A stretch of 64,000 nucleotides of DNA from Terriglobia bacterium (GCA_963664115.2 CAXWPJ010000009.1:832001-896000); one strand, 5' to 3'. Counted from the first letter of the stretch, positions 50,843 to 60,780 are shown. Notes: generated by a model not told the origin, from the letters alone. Numbers and translations are program-made.

Positions 50843-51942
50843 TCCCTCCGCTCTCTCCTTCCACGGGCGTCATCCGCAGAAAGCACATCAATGGCCACGT
50901 CGATCCCCCGCCGCGTCTTCAGGTTGATCTCACGGATCGCCCGCCACAACACCAGCAACAGGACGAATGCCGCCAGGTTGATCCACACCTGCACCCAGTC
51001 CACCCCGGAGGCCAGAGGGTCACGCGACACCCAGCGCCAGAGGGCGATCAGAAAGGGCACGGCGACTGAGGCAAAAGAAAGATCCACAAAAGCGGCGGCC
51101 CAGGACACGCGCCCGGCCTCACGACCGTCCCATCCGAAAAGCCGCGCACGTCTCACCGTCAGTGCGTCTTTATATGAATCCGGGTCCAGGCTCAGCAGGG
51201 CCGGCCGGTGCCCCTTACCCAATGGGATATCGCCCCTGGCCCGAAACGCATAAGCAAAGCTGAACGCGGTCAGCGGCAACAGGGTCAGGAAGAAGTCCCG
51301 TCCCCCACCCCCGGCCGGGACCGCTTCCAGATTGCTCCAGATCAAGGTCATCCCGGCCATCATCCACAGCAGGTTCAAGCGCCATGTGGCCTCATACCGC
51401 TCATCTAACCGGACACGCCTGGCGTCGTTTGGGGGTTTCAATCGGAAGGCCATGCGCCACCCCGATACCATCGCCATACCGATCAGCGTCCCCCGCAGCA
51501 TCACCGGTCCCTCCATCACCATGGTGGGCGCGATAATTGCCATAAATGTCTGGGCAAGAACAAGGAACGTCGCTCCGGCAACGGCATCGGAGACGGCTTC
51601 GCGCGCGGTTCCCCGTGCCGGATGGATATAGGCATCCCGCGCCAGAAGTGCGGTGAGTGTGGTCAACAGGACAATCGCCACCGGCAGGAGCGGTGCCCCG
51701 GCAAAGGCGACATAGAGAAGGGCAACTTCCCCCGCAATCAACCGGACGTCGAAACAGTCCAGCATCCGCCCGCGCAGGCTGCCCGCGATCGTGGACGCAG
51801 CAAACCACAGGTATTGCCACCCACCCAGAGACTGCTCTCGCAGATCCCCTGCGATGAGGTCCCGATGTGCGGATGGAATCAGGACTTCGACCAGACGGAC
51901 CAGCCATTCAGGCGGCCCTACTTTGCGCGTTTGGGTCTCCAT
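50839..51942 (-). CDS. Multi-pass membrane protein
   Basis: N-terminal PP.WL..L...LIAGDLRE segment typical of PadR-adjacent permease prefixes, followed by many hydrophobic helices. Confidence 0.7.
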   Translation of the reverse strand: METQTRKVGPPEWLVRLVEVLIPSAHRDLIAGDLREQSLGGWQYLWFAASTIAGSLRGRMLDCFDVRLIAGEVALLYVAFAGAPLLPVAIVLLTTLTALLARDAYIHPARGTAREAVSDAVAGATFLVLAQTFMAIIAPTMVMEGPVMLRGTLIGMAMVSGWRMAFRLKPPNDARRVRLDERYEATWRLNLLWMMAGMTLIWSNLEAVPAGGGGRDFFLTLLPLTAFSFAYAFRARGDIPLGKGHRPALLSLDPDSYKDALTVRRARLFGWDGREAGRVSWAAAFVDLSFASVAVPFLIALWRWVSRDPLASGVDWVQVWINLAAFVLLLVLWRAIREINLKTRRGIDVAIDVLSADDARGRRERRE

Positions 51943-52277
51943 TTTCCGACCTTAGCCGATGCGTAGAACGATTCCGACACCCGCGCCGCCGTCGCTACAC
52001 TCTCTTCCAAAGCCCGGAGTCCGGCAGGTTCGAGCCGATAAAACCGCTTCGGCTTCCCACCCCGCTCGGCAGTGCCTGCGGCAACGCTCGACCTTACGTA
52101 TGCTTTGTTCTGCAAGCGGTCCAGCGTCACATAAACCGACCCCAGGTTGACCTGCCGGTCTGCCAGTTCGCAGACCTTGGAATAAATCGGCATGCCGTAG
52201 GCGTCTCCTTGAAGCGACATCACGGCGGTGAGTACAAGCTGTTCAAACTGTCCAAGAGAATCCGTTAACTTGGCCAT
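51918..52277 (-). CDS. PadR-family regulator (acidobacterial type)
   Basis: LGQFEQLVL.A...AYG..I...GSVYVTLDRL..K...ERGGKPKRFY. Confidence 0.9.
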   Translation of the reverse strand: MAKLTDSLGQFEQLVLTAVMSLQGDAYGMPIYSKVCELADRQVNLGSVYVTLDRLQNKAYVRSSVAAGTAERGGKPKRFYRLEPAGLRALEESVATAARVSESFYASAKVGKWRPKRAK

Positions 52278-52293
52278 TAGTTTCACCTTATTT

Positions 52294-52306
52294 CTTACAT
52301 TGTAAG
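52294..52306. promoter_or_regulatory. Palindrome, candidate PadR operator
   Basis: CTTACA-T-TGTAAG immediately upstream of padR. Confidence 0.5.
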
Positions 52307-52440
52307 GGCGTTTGCAATATTGCGTTGTAAGTATGGACGTGTCAAGGAGAATCTCCCGTCTACAGATGGCAACGGCATGGGGGAACCGGCCGAAGGACGG
52401 TGGGCCCGATGCTAATTAATGCTCCCGATGCTAATGAATA

Positions 52441-52500
52441 GGTAACCTTCCGGTTACCTTTGGTAACCGGAAGGTTACCGAAAGTAACCGCAAGGTTACC
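52441..52500. repeat. Nested GGTAACC/GGTTACC palindromic array
   Basis: GGTAACCTTCCGGTTACC-TTT-GGTAACCGGAAGGTTACC (18-bp perfect inverted repeat) plus a third degenerate unit. Confidence 0.85.
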
Positions 52501-52812
52501 CTTCACGCCCCTCCTCTAAGCGCCGTTTCAGCGCAAACCATTCATTCCTCACACAAATCGAAACTGACACGCAATGGCCGAGAGCTTGCCTTTAGCCCCC
52601 CGAGAGCGGGCAGGGCCTGGAGATTGGGTCCGGTACTTCGAAAAGCGTTCGATGAAGGTCGCAACAGAACCCCTGAAAGGGAACTCGGAACGATTGAAAG
52701 TCGTTCCGATCACTCAAAGGCGATTCCCTAAGATTCGAAACTCGCTGGGCAAGTCTTCCAACGCCTGCCCGCTCTCCAAAAACTGAAAACCAACTCTTAA
52801 AAGGAGGGATGA

Positions 52813-52986
52813 ATGGCTAAACACACGAATACGCGGACGGTTTACCGCGATTCGATCGATGGGCGCTTCATCACGCGAATCCAGGCCTAGAAGCGTCCCA
52901 AAACAACTGAAAAACAGAAACTAAAACTCGATCAATCGAAGCAAAGACCGGCAGCTTCAAATTCCAACAAAGGAGAAACGAATTGA
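52813..52986 (+). pseudogene. Small basic protein with internal TAG
   Basis: AGGAGG RBS, MAKHTNTRTVYRDSIDGRFITRIQA, TAG at 52888, then KRPKTTEKQK. Confidence 0.5.
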
Positions 52987-53672
52987 AACGGAAAATCCTG
53001 ACCGAAAGACGTGGATTCAAGAAACTGCGCCAGATGGCCGACTTTGTCCTGGCGAATCACAAACGTTTCGCACCGACTTCGCCAGCGGCAAAGGCGGTTC
53101 CCGCTGTCGTCGCGACGGTCAAGAAGCTGAAAACTCTAACGGCTTCACAAGGCTCTGTCGAAAACCGACTGCGCGAGCTGTCACGTACAAAGTCTGAAAC
53201 ACGCGGCGCCTTGCGTGAAGAAGTCGAATTTCTCTACCACACGGCAGGAGCTCTAGCCGCCGGAGATCCCGGCTTTGACGATCCGTTCCGGATGGCGTTG
53301 GGCGGGGATCAGAGGCTGGTCAACGACGCACGCTCCGCGGTTCAAGACGCAGTGCCCGTGGCAGCAGCGTTCATCAAGCACGCCATGCCTCCTGATTTTC
53401 TGGAGAACTTGAAAACGAGCATCCGGAAGTTCGAATCGGCCCGCGAGGAATACGCCAAGATCAAAACGGATCGCACCATGGGCCGCAAGGCCCTCCAGGA
53501 AAGCCTCCGTCAAGCCCTGGCGGCCGGCAAACGCTTCGACGCGATCATGCGCAATACCTTCCGCCACGATCGCCTCGCGCTTCAAGCCTGGAAAGACGCC
53601 TGCCGCGTGCCGCGGGGGCCCAAGCCACCACGGCCTGAGGTGGCTGATGCGTCAGAGGCGACTGACCAATAA
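52983..53672 (+). CDS. Hypothetical alpha-helical protein
   Basis: AAGGAG RBS, 229-aa ORF with amphipathic helical composition. Confidence 0.75.
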   Translation: MKRKILTERRGFKKLRQMADFVLANHKRFAPTSPAAKAVPAVVATVKKLKTLTASQGSVENRLRELSRTKSETRGALREEVEFLYHTAGALAAGDPGFDDPFRMALGGDQRLVNDARSAVQDAVPVAAAFIKHAMPPDFLENLKTSIRKFESAREEYAKIKTDRTMGRKALQESLRQALAAGKRFDAIMRNTFRHDRLALQAWKDACRVPRGPKPPRPEVADASEATDQ

Positions 53673-53739
53673 CTGATTGCGCCCATCCGCGGACCTCATC
53701 AACTGTGGGGTCCGCGGCTTCGGGAGAGGAATACTGATC

Positions 53740-53919
53740 ATGGACAATCACAGCGACATCATGCGCGCCCTCGGACGCATTGAAGGAGAGCTTGTTGAGA
53801 TTCGGAAGCTTTCGGAGCGGGTTTCCAAGCTTGAGCAGTGGCAGTCGTGGCTGAGAGGCGGCTGGGCTGTTGTGACGGCGGCCGTAGGGTATCTGGTTTG
53901 GATGAGGTATGGGAAGTAA
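53740..53919 (+). CDS. Small coiled-coil plus C-terminal TM protein (XhlA/holin-like)
   Basis: GAGAGGA RBS. 59 aa with coiled-coil then one hydrophobic helix. Precedes a candidate cell-wall enzyme. Confidence 0.6.
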   Translation: MDNHSDIMRALGRIEGELVEIRKLSERVSKLEQWQSWLRGGWAVVTAAVGYLVWMRYGK

Positions 53920-53979
53920 GAGCGGTCTCCCAGTACCGGGCGTCCCGACTCTTTAAGCGCACCCGAAGGAATCAACCCA

Positions 53980-54588
53980 ATGGATCCACCCGTCCTGTCT
54001 GAAATCATTCGCGCGATGCGGTCGAAATCGTACCGGGTATTCCGGAACGACAAGGGACACGACCTGAACATCGTCGGCATCCGGACCGCCGACAATCGCG
54101 CCAACACTTTCAACGACTGGCTCACCGTCTTCTATCGCTTCAAGCGCACCTGGAACTATTTCGCTTTCCCGGCCACCACAGACCCGGGAACCTACTACCG
54201 GAAGCACCCAATCAACGTCCGCGGAACCGCCATCATGCAGCCCGGCCAATACCCGGGCGCCTACAAGATCGGCCGCCACCGGCGATACAAAGCACTCCAG
54301 CAGAAAGGCCCGATCACGCTATTCCGTGATGCCGACCGAAACGAAACCATCGACACTATCGATACGATGGGTACCCCCCAAAGCGGCATCGACCGCATCA
54401 ACGGCATCAACATCCACCGCGCCAACGCCCACCACCCCAGCACCCAAGTAGGAAAATGGAGCGCCGGGTGCCAGGTTCTCCAAGACCCCGATCACTTCGC
54501 TTTTCTTCTTACGCTTGCGGAAAGGGGACGGGAGAAGTTTGGAAATTCGTTTACTTATACGTTAATTGAAGAAGGGGATTTGGGGTGA
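53980..54588 (+). CDS. Putative cell-wall peptidase (L,D-transpeptidase-like H...SAGC motif)
   Basis: NIVGIR, FND, ATTDPG, GINIHRA...VGKWSAGCQV. No signal peptide. Confidence 0.6.
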   Translation: MDPPVLSEIIRAMRSKSYRVFRNDKGHDLNIVGIRTADNRANTFNDWLTVFYRFKRTWNYFAFPATTDPGTYYRKHPINVRGTAIMQPGQYPGAYKIGRHRRYKALQQKGPITLFRDADRNETIDTIDTMGTPQSGIDRINGINIHRANAHHPSTQVGKWSAGCQVLQDPDHFAFLLTLAERGREKFGNSFTYTLIEEGDLG

Positions 54589-54791
54589 GGAGGGGAGGGG
54601 GCTGGACGCGATCCATAGCCGTGAAAGCTTGCGACATCAAGTCGGTCTTGACCGCACACACCAAGCCATGCCCCGCAATTCGTATGCCAGCCCGCGCAGG
54701 AAATTCACCTTTGGGACCTGACTAGGGCAGACATTCACTCTAGACTTAACCAGACGGAAACTCTAACAATTGAAGGCGGGGCTAATCCGAC

Positions 54792-55496
54792 ATGAAAACG
54801 GGAGATCTTGTCGATACACTCTCTTTCTTCTCCAACGAGATCGTCGGAACGCTCCTCCCGGGGTTTGTGCTCCTAACTGGCCTCAGAGTATTCCATTTTG
54901 GATTTGAGATTCCGTCTTGGATTCAAAGTGGCAATGGAATTTGGTTTGCAGTTGTGGTTGTCTTAGCCTTTAGTTACGTCGCGGGACACGGCCTATTGGC
55001 GCTTCGCAACATACTCATTCCCTACCTAGGAAGGTCAAGCGGAAAGCTGTACAAGAGTGCAGAAAACGGAGGTATGTACCGCGCCTTTTCTCTTCGCGTG
55101 CGGATGCTCGAAATACTTCGGAGCGGACGTTCCGTAGGCAAGGCGAACGATGATTTCCCTGATAATCTGAATTTTAATGATCGACGGAATTTAGCGATGT
55201 CACTATCAACTGAAGCGGCAGTTCTAGGTAGGCGTTTCATGTTTATTGCACTTTTCTCGTACGGCGTCGCCGTTGCACTCTTCGTCTTCGCGGTTTACGC
55301 GCCTTTGGTGTTGTTAATTAGGCCAGACTTGGCTGCGCTTTCCCTGAGCGCTCTTGCTGTCAGACTCGGAATATTTTTGTTAGTTCTCGTCGGATTGATA
55401 TTTTGGCACAGGGGCGAATCCTTTGAGAGGCGAGCGTACTCGGCTCCCTTTTCGGCGGCTCTGGCAGAGCTCTTGCACGGTAGGATAGAGCAGTGA
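54792..55496 (+). CDS. Multi-TM hypothetical protein (about 4 TM)
   Basis: Hydrophobic pairs (LLPGFVLL; SYVAGH; FIALFSYG; LGIFLLVL). Lower GC than the core genes. Confidence 0.75.
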   Translation: MKTGDLVDTLSFFSNEIVGTLLPGFVLLTGLRVFHFGFEIPSWIQSGNGIWFAVVVVLAFSYVAGHGLLALRNILIPYLGRSSGKLYKSAENGGMYRAFSLRVRMLEILRSGRSVGKANDDFPDNLNFNDRRNLAMSLSTEAAVLGRRFMFIALFSYGVAVALFVFAVYAPLVLLIRPDLAALSLSALAVRLGIFLLVLVGLIFWHRGESFERRAYSAPFSAALAELLHGRIEQ

Positions 55497-55891
55497 GAAT
55501 CAAGCCCCAATCAACGATCTATATGGCCGGTGGTTTCAGGAGCAACTGGCAAGAGCGCTTCCGCAAACTGGAACATTTCAAGTTTATAGATCCGAGTCAG
55601 CATGGCTTAAGAGACCCAGCGGAATACACCCAGTGGGATCTCGATGCAATACAGCGGTCGGACGTGCTGCTCGCGTACATGGAAAGGGATAATCCGGGTG
55701 GATACGCGCTTGCGCTAGAAATCGGATATGCGAAAGCGTTGGGTAAAACGATAATTTTGGTTGAGGATCCGGGGCAGCCGGAACGCTCCCGCTACTTCGA
55801 GATGGTACGTCAAGTTTCCGATTACTGCTTTGACAGCCCTGACCGGTGCGTTGAATTCCTCGAAGAACTAGCCTATACATCGGCACAGTAA
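55493..55891 (+). CDS. Nucleoside 2-deoxyribosyltransferase-like protein
   Basis: IYMAG, DP, WDL.AI..SD..LA, G...EIGYAKALGK.I. GTGA coupling to the TM gene. Confidence 0.85.
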   Translation: MRIKPQSTIYMAGGFRSNWQERFRKLEHFKFIDPSQHGLRDPAEYTQWDLDAIQRSDVLLAYMERDNPGGYALALEIGYAKALGKTIILVEDPGQPERSRYFEMVRQVSDYCFDSPDRCVEFLEELAYTSAQ

Positions 55892-56172
55892 AGAGCCGCT
55901 GCCAGCTATCTAGCCGCCACGAAAACCATCTAATCTGGTAAATTGGGCCACAAACCGGAACAGAACAGCACGCTAAAGTTTCCCGTTTGGAAATCGCGAA
56001 TTCTGCCGTCCTTCATCTGTAGCTGAAAAGGACGATATGGGAGTTAAGACGATACTGCAACCATGACGGAGACCGCTGCAATCGATAGGGGCCAAACAGC
56101 CATAGAAGTGGCCCCCAAAATTAGGACAGCGTTATAAGGTGGACTCTGCATAGATGAGAGGACCTAACGACG

Positions 56173-56454
56173 ATGGCGAAACGACGGAATTTTTCAGCAG
56201 ATTTCAAAGCGAAGGTAGCGCTGGCCGCGATGCGTGGCGACGGCACGATGGCCGAATTGGCGGCGCGGTACAAGATCCATCCGAACATGATCACGAAGTG
56301 GAAGCGTGATGCGCTTGATAGCGTTAAAGAAGGATTCCAGCGAGGCCGGGATCCATCGGCCCGGAACCACGAGGACGAGATCAAAGACCTGCAGGCCAAG
56401 ATCGGTGAACTGGTCGTGGAACGGGATTTTTTAGCACGAGCCTTCAATCGATGA
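56173..56454 (+). CDS. IS3 transposase OrfA
   Basis: RRNFSADFKAKVAL, HTH, leucine zipper KIGEL..ERDFL. Confidence 0.92.
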   Translation: MAKRRNFSADFKAKVALAAMRGDGTMAELAARYKIHPNMITKWKRDALDSVKEGFQRGRDPSARNHEDEIKDLQAKIGELVVERDFLARAFNR

Positions 56455-57305
56455 GCTTGGGTCGAAGGCGCAAGGTGGTCGAACCGGGCCATGAGCAGCT
56501 CAGTGTGGTCCGGCAATGCGACTTGATCGGGTTGAGCCGTTCGAGTTGGTACTATCGGCCACGGGGTGAGAGTGATCGCAATCTGGACCTGATGCGCGTG
56601 ATCGACGAGGCGTATCTGAAGATGCCCTGGTATGGGTCCAGGCAGATGACGCGTCATCTGAAACGTCTCGGCTACGATGTGGGCCGGAAGCGGGTACGCC
56701 GACTAATGCGGTTGATGGGGCTGCGCTCGGTGGCACCGCAGCCGCAGACGTCCCGGAGAAACCCGGCTCATCCGGTGTACCCATATCTACTCAACGACAT
56801 TGCCGTGGAGCGGGCGAATCAAGCGTGGTCTACCGACGTGACGTATATCCCGATGGCGCACGGATTCTTATATCTGGTCGCGATCATGGACTGGCATACG
56901 CGGAAGGTGTTGTCCTGGCGGCTGTCCAACACCCAGGACACGACGTTTTGCCTTGAAGCCCTCGACGAGGCGATCGAGGAATACGGCAGTCCGGAAATCT
57001 TCAACACCGATCAGGGCAGCCAGTTCACCAGCAAGGCCTGGACGGACCGACTTAAAGAACGAGGTATCCGGATCTCCATGGACGGCAAGGGGCAATGGAT
57101 CGACAACGTTTTCATCGAACGCCTATGGCGCTCGATCAAATACGAATGCGTTTATCTAAACGCCTTCAGTGACTTCAAAGATGCCCGGCACCACATAGGT
57201 GTCTGGATGAACTATTACAATAACGACCGCCCGCATTCCAAACTCGACGATCTCACGCCGAGCGAAGCCTACGCGGGAACACGGCCACTGACCTCGGCAG
57301 CATAA
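56451..57305 (+). CDS. IS3 transposase OrfB (DDE)
   Basis: WSTDVTY, FNTDQGSQF, DNVFIERLWRSIKYE. Confidence 0.95.
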   Translation: MSLGRRRKVVEPGHEQLSVVRQCDLIGLSRSSWYYRPRGESDRNLDLMRVIDEAYLKMPWYGSRQMTRHLKRLGYDVGRKRVRRLMRLMGLRSVAPQPQTSRRNPAHPVYPYLLNDIAVERANQAWSTDVTYIPMAHGFLYLVAIMDWHTRKVLSWRLSNTQDTTFCLEALDEAIEEYGSPEIFNTDQGSQFTSKAWTDRLKERGIRISMDGKGQWIDNVFIERLWRSIKYECVYLNAFSDFKDARHHIGVWMNYYNNDRPHSKLDDLTPSEAYAGTRPLTSAA

Positions 57306-58881
57306 ACATGAACCGCGGAATCCACCTTAAATTGGCTGCCACGCTGTCCAACGTATGGGGTCCACCTCTCATCAAGCGCTTCACTTCCTCCCGCCCAATC
57401 GCTCTCGCCTTCGCCGATGGACTTATCGCCTCTGACCTAACAGTTTTCGACTACGGCTGCGGTCACGGGGCCGATGTCTTGTATCTCAAGAAGAGGAAAA
57501 TCAACGCTTCCGGATGGGATCCCGCCCACGATCCGAAATCGAAAATTCAAGAAGCGGACGTCGTCAATCTTGGCTATGTCCTCAATGTCATCGAAGATCC
57601 AGCCGAACGTCAAGAAACTCTCCGCAAGGCCTACGCCTTGGCGCGCCAAGTGCTGGTCGTCTCTGTCCGCGTGGATCGAACCATTGGCGAAACTATCGCT
57701 TTTTCCGACGGTCTTCTGACTACTAAAGGTACATTTCAGAAGCTCTACACTCAGGATGAGTTTCGCGAATATGTCGAAAGCGCCCTCAACCGGCGTATTC
57801 ATTTCGCTGGCTTGGGAATCGCCTACGTCTTCGTAGACGATGAAGCGGAATCTGCCTATATCGCTGGTGCAGCCTTCGCCAAGCGACTCGATTACCGAAC
57901 CGAATTAATCGAGTCTTTCTCAAAAGATGCAGTCGCCAAGCGACTCGTCAAGAAGACCTCGGAATTGGGGCGCTTACCTCTCCCTGAAGAGTTTCCTGGA
58001 TACAGAAAACTGCAGGACCGATTCGGATCACCACAGCGGATTCAGCGCTTAGTGATGCGTCAGATCGATCCGAAGGCGTATGACGGTTCTCAGTCAGAAA
58101 GGCGGAATGACATCCTCACCTACTACTCGATGATCCGACTCCAAGGCCTTAAGCCGCCGCCCGCCCTCAGCTTACCCGGCAATATCTACGCTGATATCAA
58201 AGCGATCTGGAAAGACTACAAAAGTGCACAAGCTGAAGCAGATCAGTTTCTCTTCAGCATAGGCAACGTGGATACCGTCAGCTCAGTATGTCAATCCGCA
58301 GGCATGGGAAAACTCGTGAATGACCATCTCTACCTTCACCGATCCGTCGAAGACGAGCTGCCTCCCTTGCTCCGACTGATCATCTTTGCCGGTAGGCGGA
58401 TCGTAGGCGACGTCGGCTACAACCTAATTAAACTGTGGCTTGATGGGCGCAAGGTCGCCTTCGTGCTGTACGACGACTTTGATAAGGATCCTCATCCCAC
58501 CCTTCAATACAGCGTTATGGCCTACCTCCCCAGGTCCGACTATGGGATCAGGAATTACACTGAATCGACCAATCCTCCAATATTGCATCGAAAAGAGACT
58601 TTCGTCCTAGATTCATACCCCTATTACGACAAGTTCCGGAAACTGACGAATCAGGAAGAACAGCTCGGCTTGCTGTCCAGATCAGACATTGGACACAAAG
58701 AAGGCTGGGAGGCTTTGCTGACAGAAAAAAAGGTTTCTATCAAGAACCATAAAGTGCTGGGATTTAGGAAGCTAAAGGCTGTAGCGACAGCCTGAGTGGA
58801 AGCAACGCTTCCGCGGACCCCGTCTGTCCCCTCAACTAATAGAATTCAAGGTGTCCTTACCTTTCGGATCGGATCATAACC

Positions 58882-59568
58882 ATGCTAGCCACCTCAACAA
58901 CTGACAGCTCGACTGAACAAAACGTAAACCTCTCTGCTAAGACAAGTTTTGGCCGCCACGAAACCTTTCATATCCGAGACGGATGGCTGGTCAAGGGAAT
59001 GGGGGCCGTCGGTAAGGCTGCGGATATTTTCGGAAAAACAGATGCCATAGACGTCTTAGGTGTCGGCCGGAATATGGTTGCGGCTATTCGCTACTGGCTG
59101 TCAGCGACAGGATTGATCGAAGAGATTCCCAAGAGCGGGCACCGGGGCCCCACACACTACAAATTAACTCCCCTTGCAAATCTGATTCTGGAGCAAGATC
59201 CCTATATCGAAGACGATGCCACCCTGTGGGTGCTCCACCTCAAACTTGCCACGAATTGGGAGGCAGCAACCTCCTGGTATTGGGCTTTTAATTGTTCCTC
59301 CCAATCAGAATTTTCGAAGGAAACATTTCAACGTCAACTTAGGCGATTCCTGGCGGATAGAGATTCCGAAGTTTCCACGAGTTCTGTTGAAAGGGACTTC
59401 AACTGCTTTGTAAGGACGTACGTGCCGACTCAGAAAATGGACGCTCATGCCCCATCTGAAGACACACTGGACTGCCCACTGGCAACGCTAGGTCTGATGC
59501 GGCGAGTTGGGGATTCTGCCCATTTTAGATTCTTGTTTGAGCACAAGGCGAACTTACCTAACCAACTA
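58882..59568 (+). pseudogene. DUF4007 (SspB-like) protein truncated by IS630
   Basis: SFGRHETF..R.GWL.KG, LGVGRNMV.AIRYWL, DPY.ED..TLW.LH, CPL..LGL. The frame runs into the IS at CTAG 59566. Confidence 0.82.
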
Positions 59569-60780
59569 GTGGTCCCCGTTAAACAGACTGTAACTTATCA
59601 AGATTTCGCCGGCCGCGCTGGACTTTAGCAAGGATGTCGGAAGCCGTTGCAGTCCAGATGAAGGGTTTCGGGTCTTCATTGTGACGAGCGAGGTAGTCCT
59701 CCACGGCCTGGATCAACTCGGGGACCGAGCGGAAAACGCCACGCCGGAGTCGTTGCTCGGACAGATCCCGGAAAAAGCGCTCGACCATGTTGAGCCACGA
59801 CGCACTGGTTGGCGTGAAGTGCACATGAAAACGCTTGTTACGCTTGAGCCAGTTGACGACTTTCTGATGTTTGTGAGTCGCATAGTTGTCGCAAATAATG
59901 TGGATCTCCTTATCTTTCGGCATGGCGCGTTTGATCTGATTCAGAAACCGGATCCATTCCTGATGGCGATGCTTTGGCATGCAGGTTCCGATGACCGAAC
60001 CGTCCAGGATGTTGAGCGCGGCGAAAAGCGTGGTTGTCCCGTTACGTTTGTAATCGTGGGTCATGGTGCCACACCGCCCCTTCTTCAGAGGTAACCCGGG
60101 TTGCGTGCGGTCCAGGGCCTGCATCTGGCTCTTCTCATCGCAGGACAAGACAATGGCGTTTTCCGGTGGGCTCAGATGAAACCTATGAACCGAAGTATCC
60201 GAAAGCCACACTCTGCCTGCAGAAAGACAGAGAGGAACAGACCGACCACATCCTCCAGCTTTTCGGCGAATCGTTTGTCGTTGGATAGTTTGAAGGTTCG
60301 TGACAGATGAGGCTTCAGTCCATGGACCCGCCAGATTTTCCCGACCGTGGACTCGCTCACGCCAACGGCCTTCGCCATCGAGGCCCGACTCCAGTGCGTC
60401 GCGTTCGGGGGCTTCTCTTCCAGTGTCTTCTTGACGATCCGGGCTCGCTTCCGGCGACTGATCGTGGGAATCCGTCCGCTTCGCGGCGCATCCTTTTCGA
60501 TCCCAGCCAAGCCCTGTTCCACAAAACGATTGCGCCAGCGGCCCGCTTTCTGGCGCGTGATCTCCAAGCGGGCGGCGATCTCATAATTGTTCCGACCTTC
60601 AGCGGCCAGTAATACAATTCGGGATCGTTCCGCCAACCGGACCGATGTACTCCGGCTTCGACTCAGTCGCTCCAACTCCATCCGCTGCTTGTCATCCAAT
60701 TCAATGGTCGGTGCTTTCCTCATTCTCTATTGGACGTTGGAAAGCTATTTTAGTTACATTACTTCGAGCGGGGTACACTA
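59567..60780 (-). mobile_element. IS630-family insertion sequence
   Basis: TA at both ends within CTAG, imperfect inverted repeats TAGTGGTCCCCG / TAGTGTACCCCG (reverse complement), IS630 transposase. Confidence 0.93.
59579..60723 (-). pseudogene. IS630 transposase disrupted by a 59-bp insertion
   Basis: HTH N-terminus, [23 protein letters not shown]. Removing 60178-60236 restores VVGLYLSPPENA. Confidence 0.88.

Larger units (their letters stand above)
56104..57369 (+). mobile_element. IS3-family insertion sequence
   Basis: Inverted repeats AGAAGTGGCCCCCA..GGACAGCGT / ACGCTGTCCA..TGGGGTCCACCTCT, apparent CAT target duplication, orfA and orfB. Confidence 0.93.
56063..58795 (+). pseudogene. 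DNA phosphorothioation-associated putative methyltransferase, interrupted by IS3
   Basis: MTETAAIDRGQTAI and KRFTSSRP...FDYGCGHG...GWDP...VNLGYVLNVIED...TFQK...NPPILHRKETF rejoin in frame when the IS is removed. Confidence 0.82.

Noticed and set aside
52983-54588. Prophage
   Set aside because: Only lysis-like genes are present, with no structural, packaging, replication or integrase genes.
60172-60240. Programmed frameshift in the IS630 transposase
   Set aside because: No slippery site is needed, because a discrete 59-bp insertion fully explains the two ORFs.
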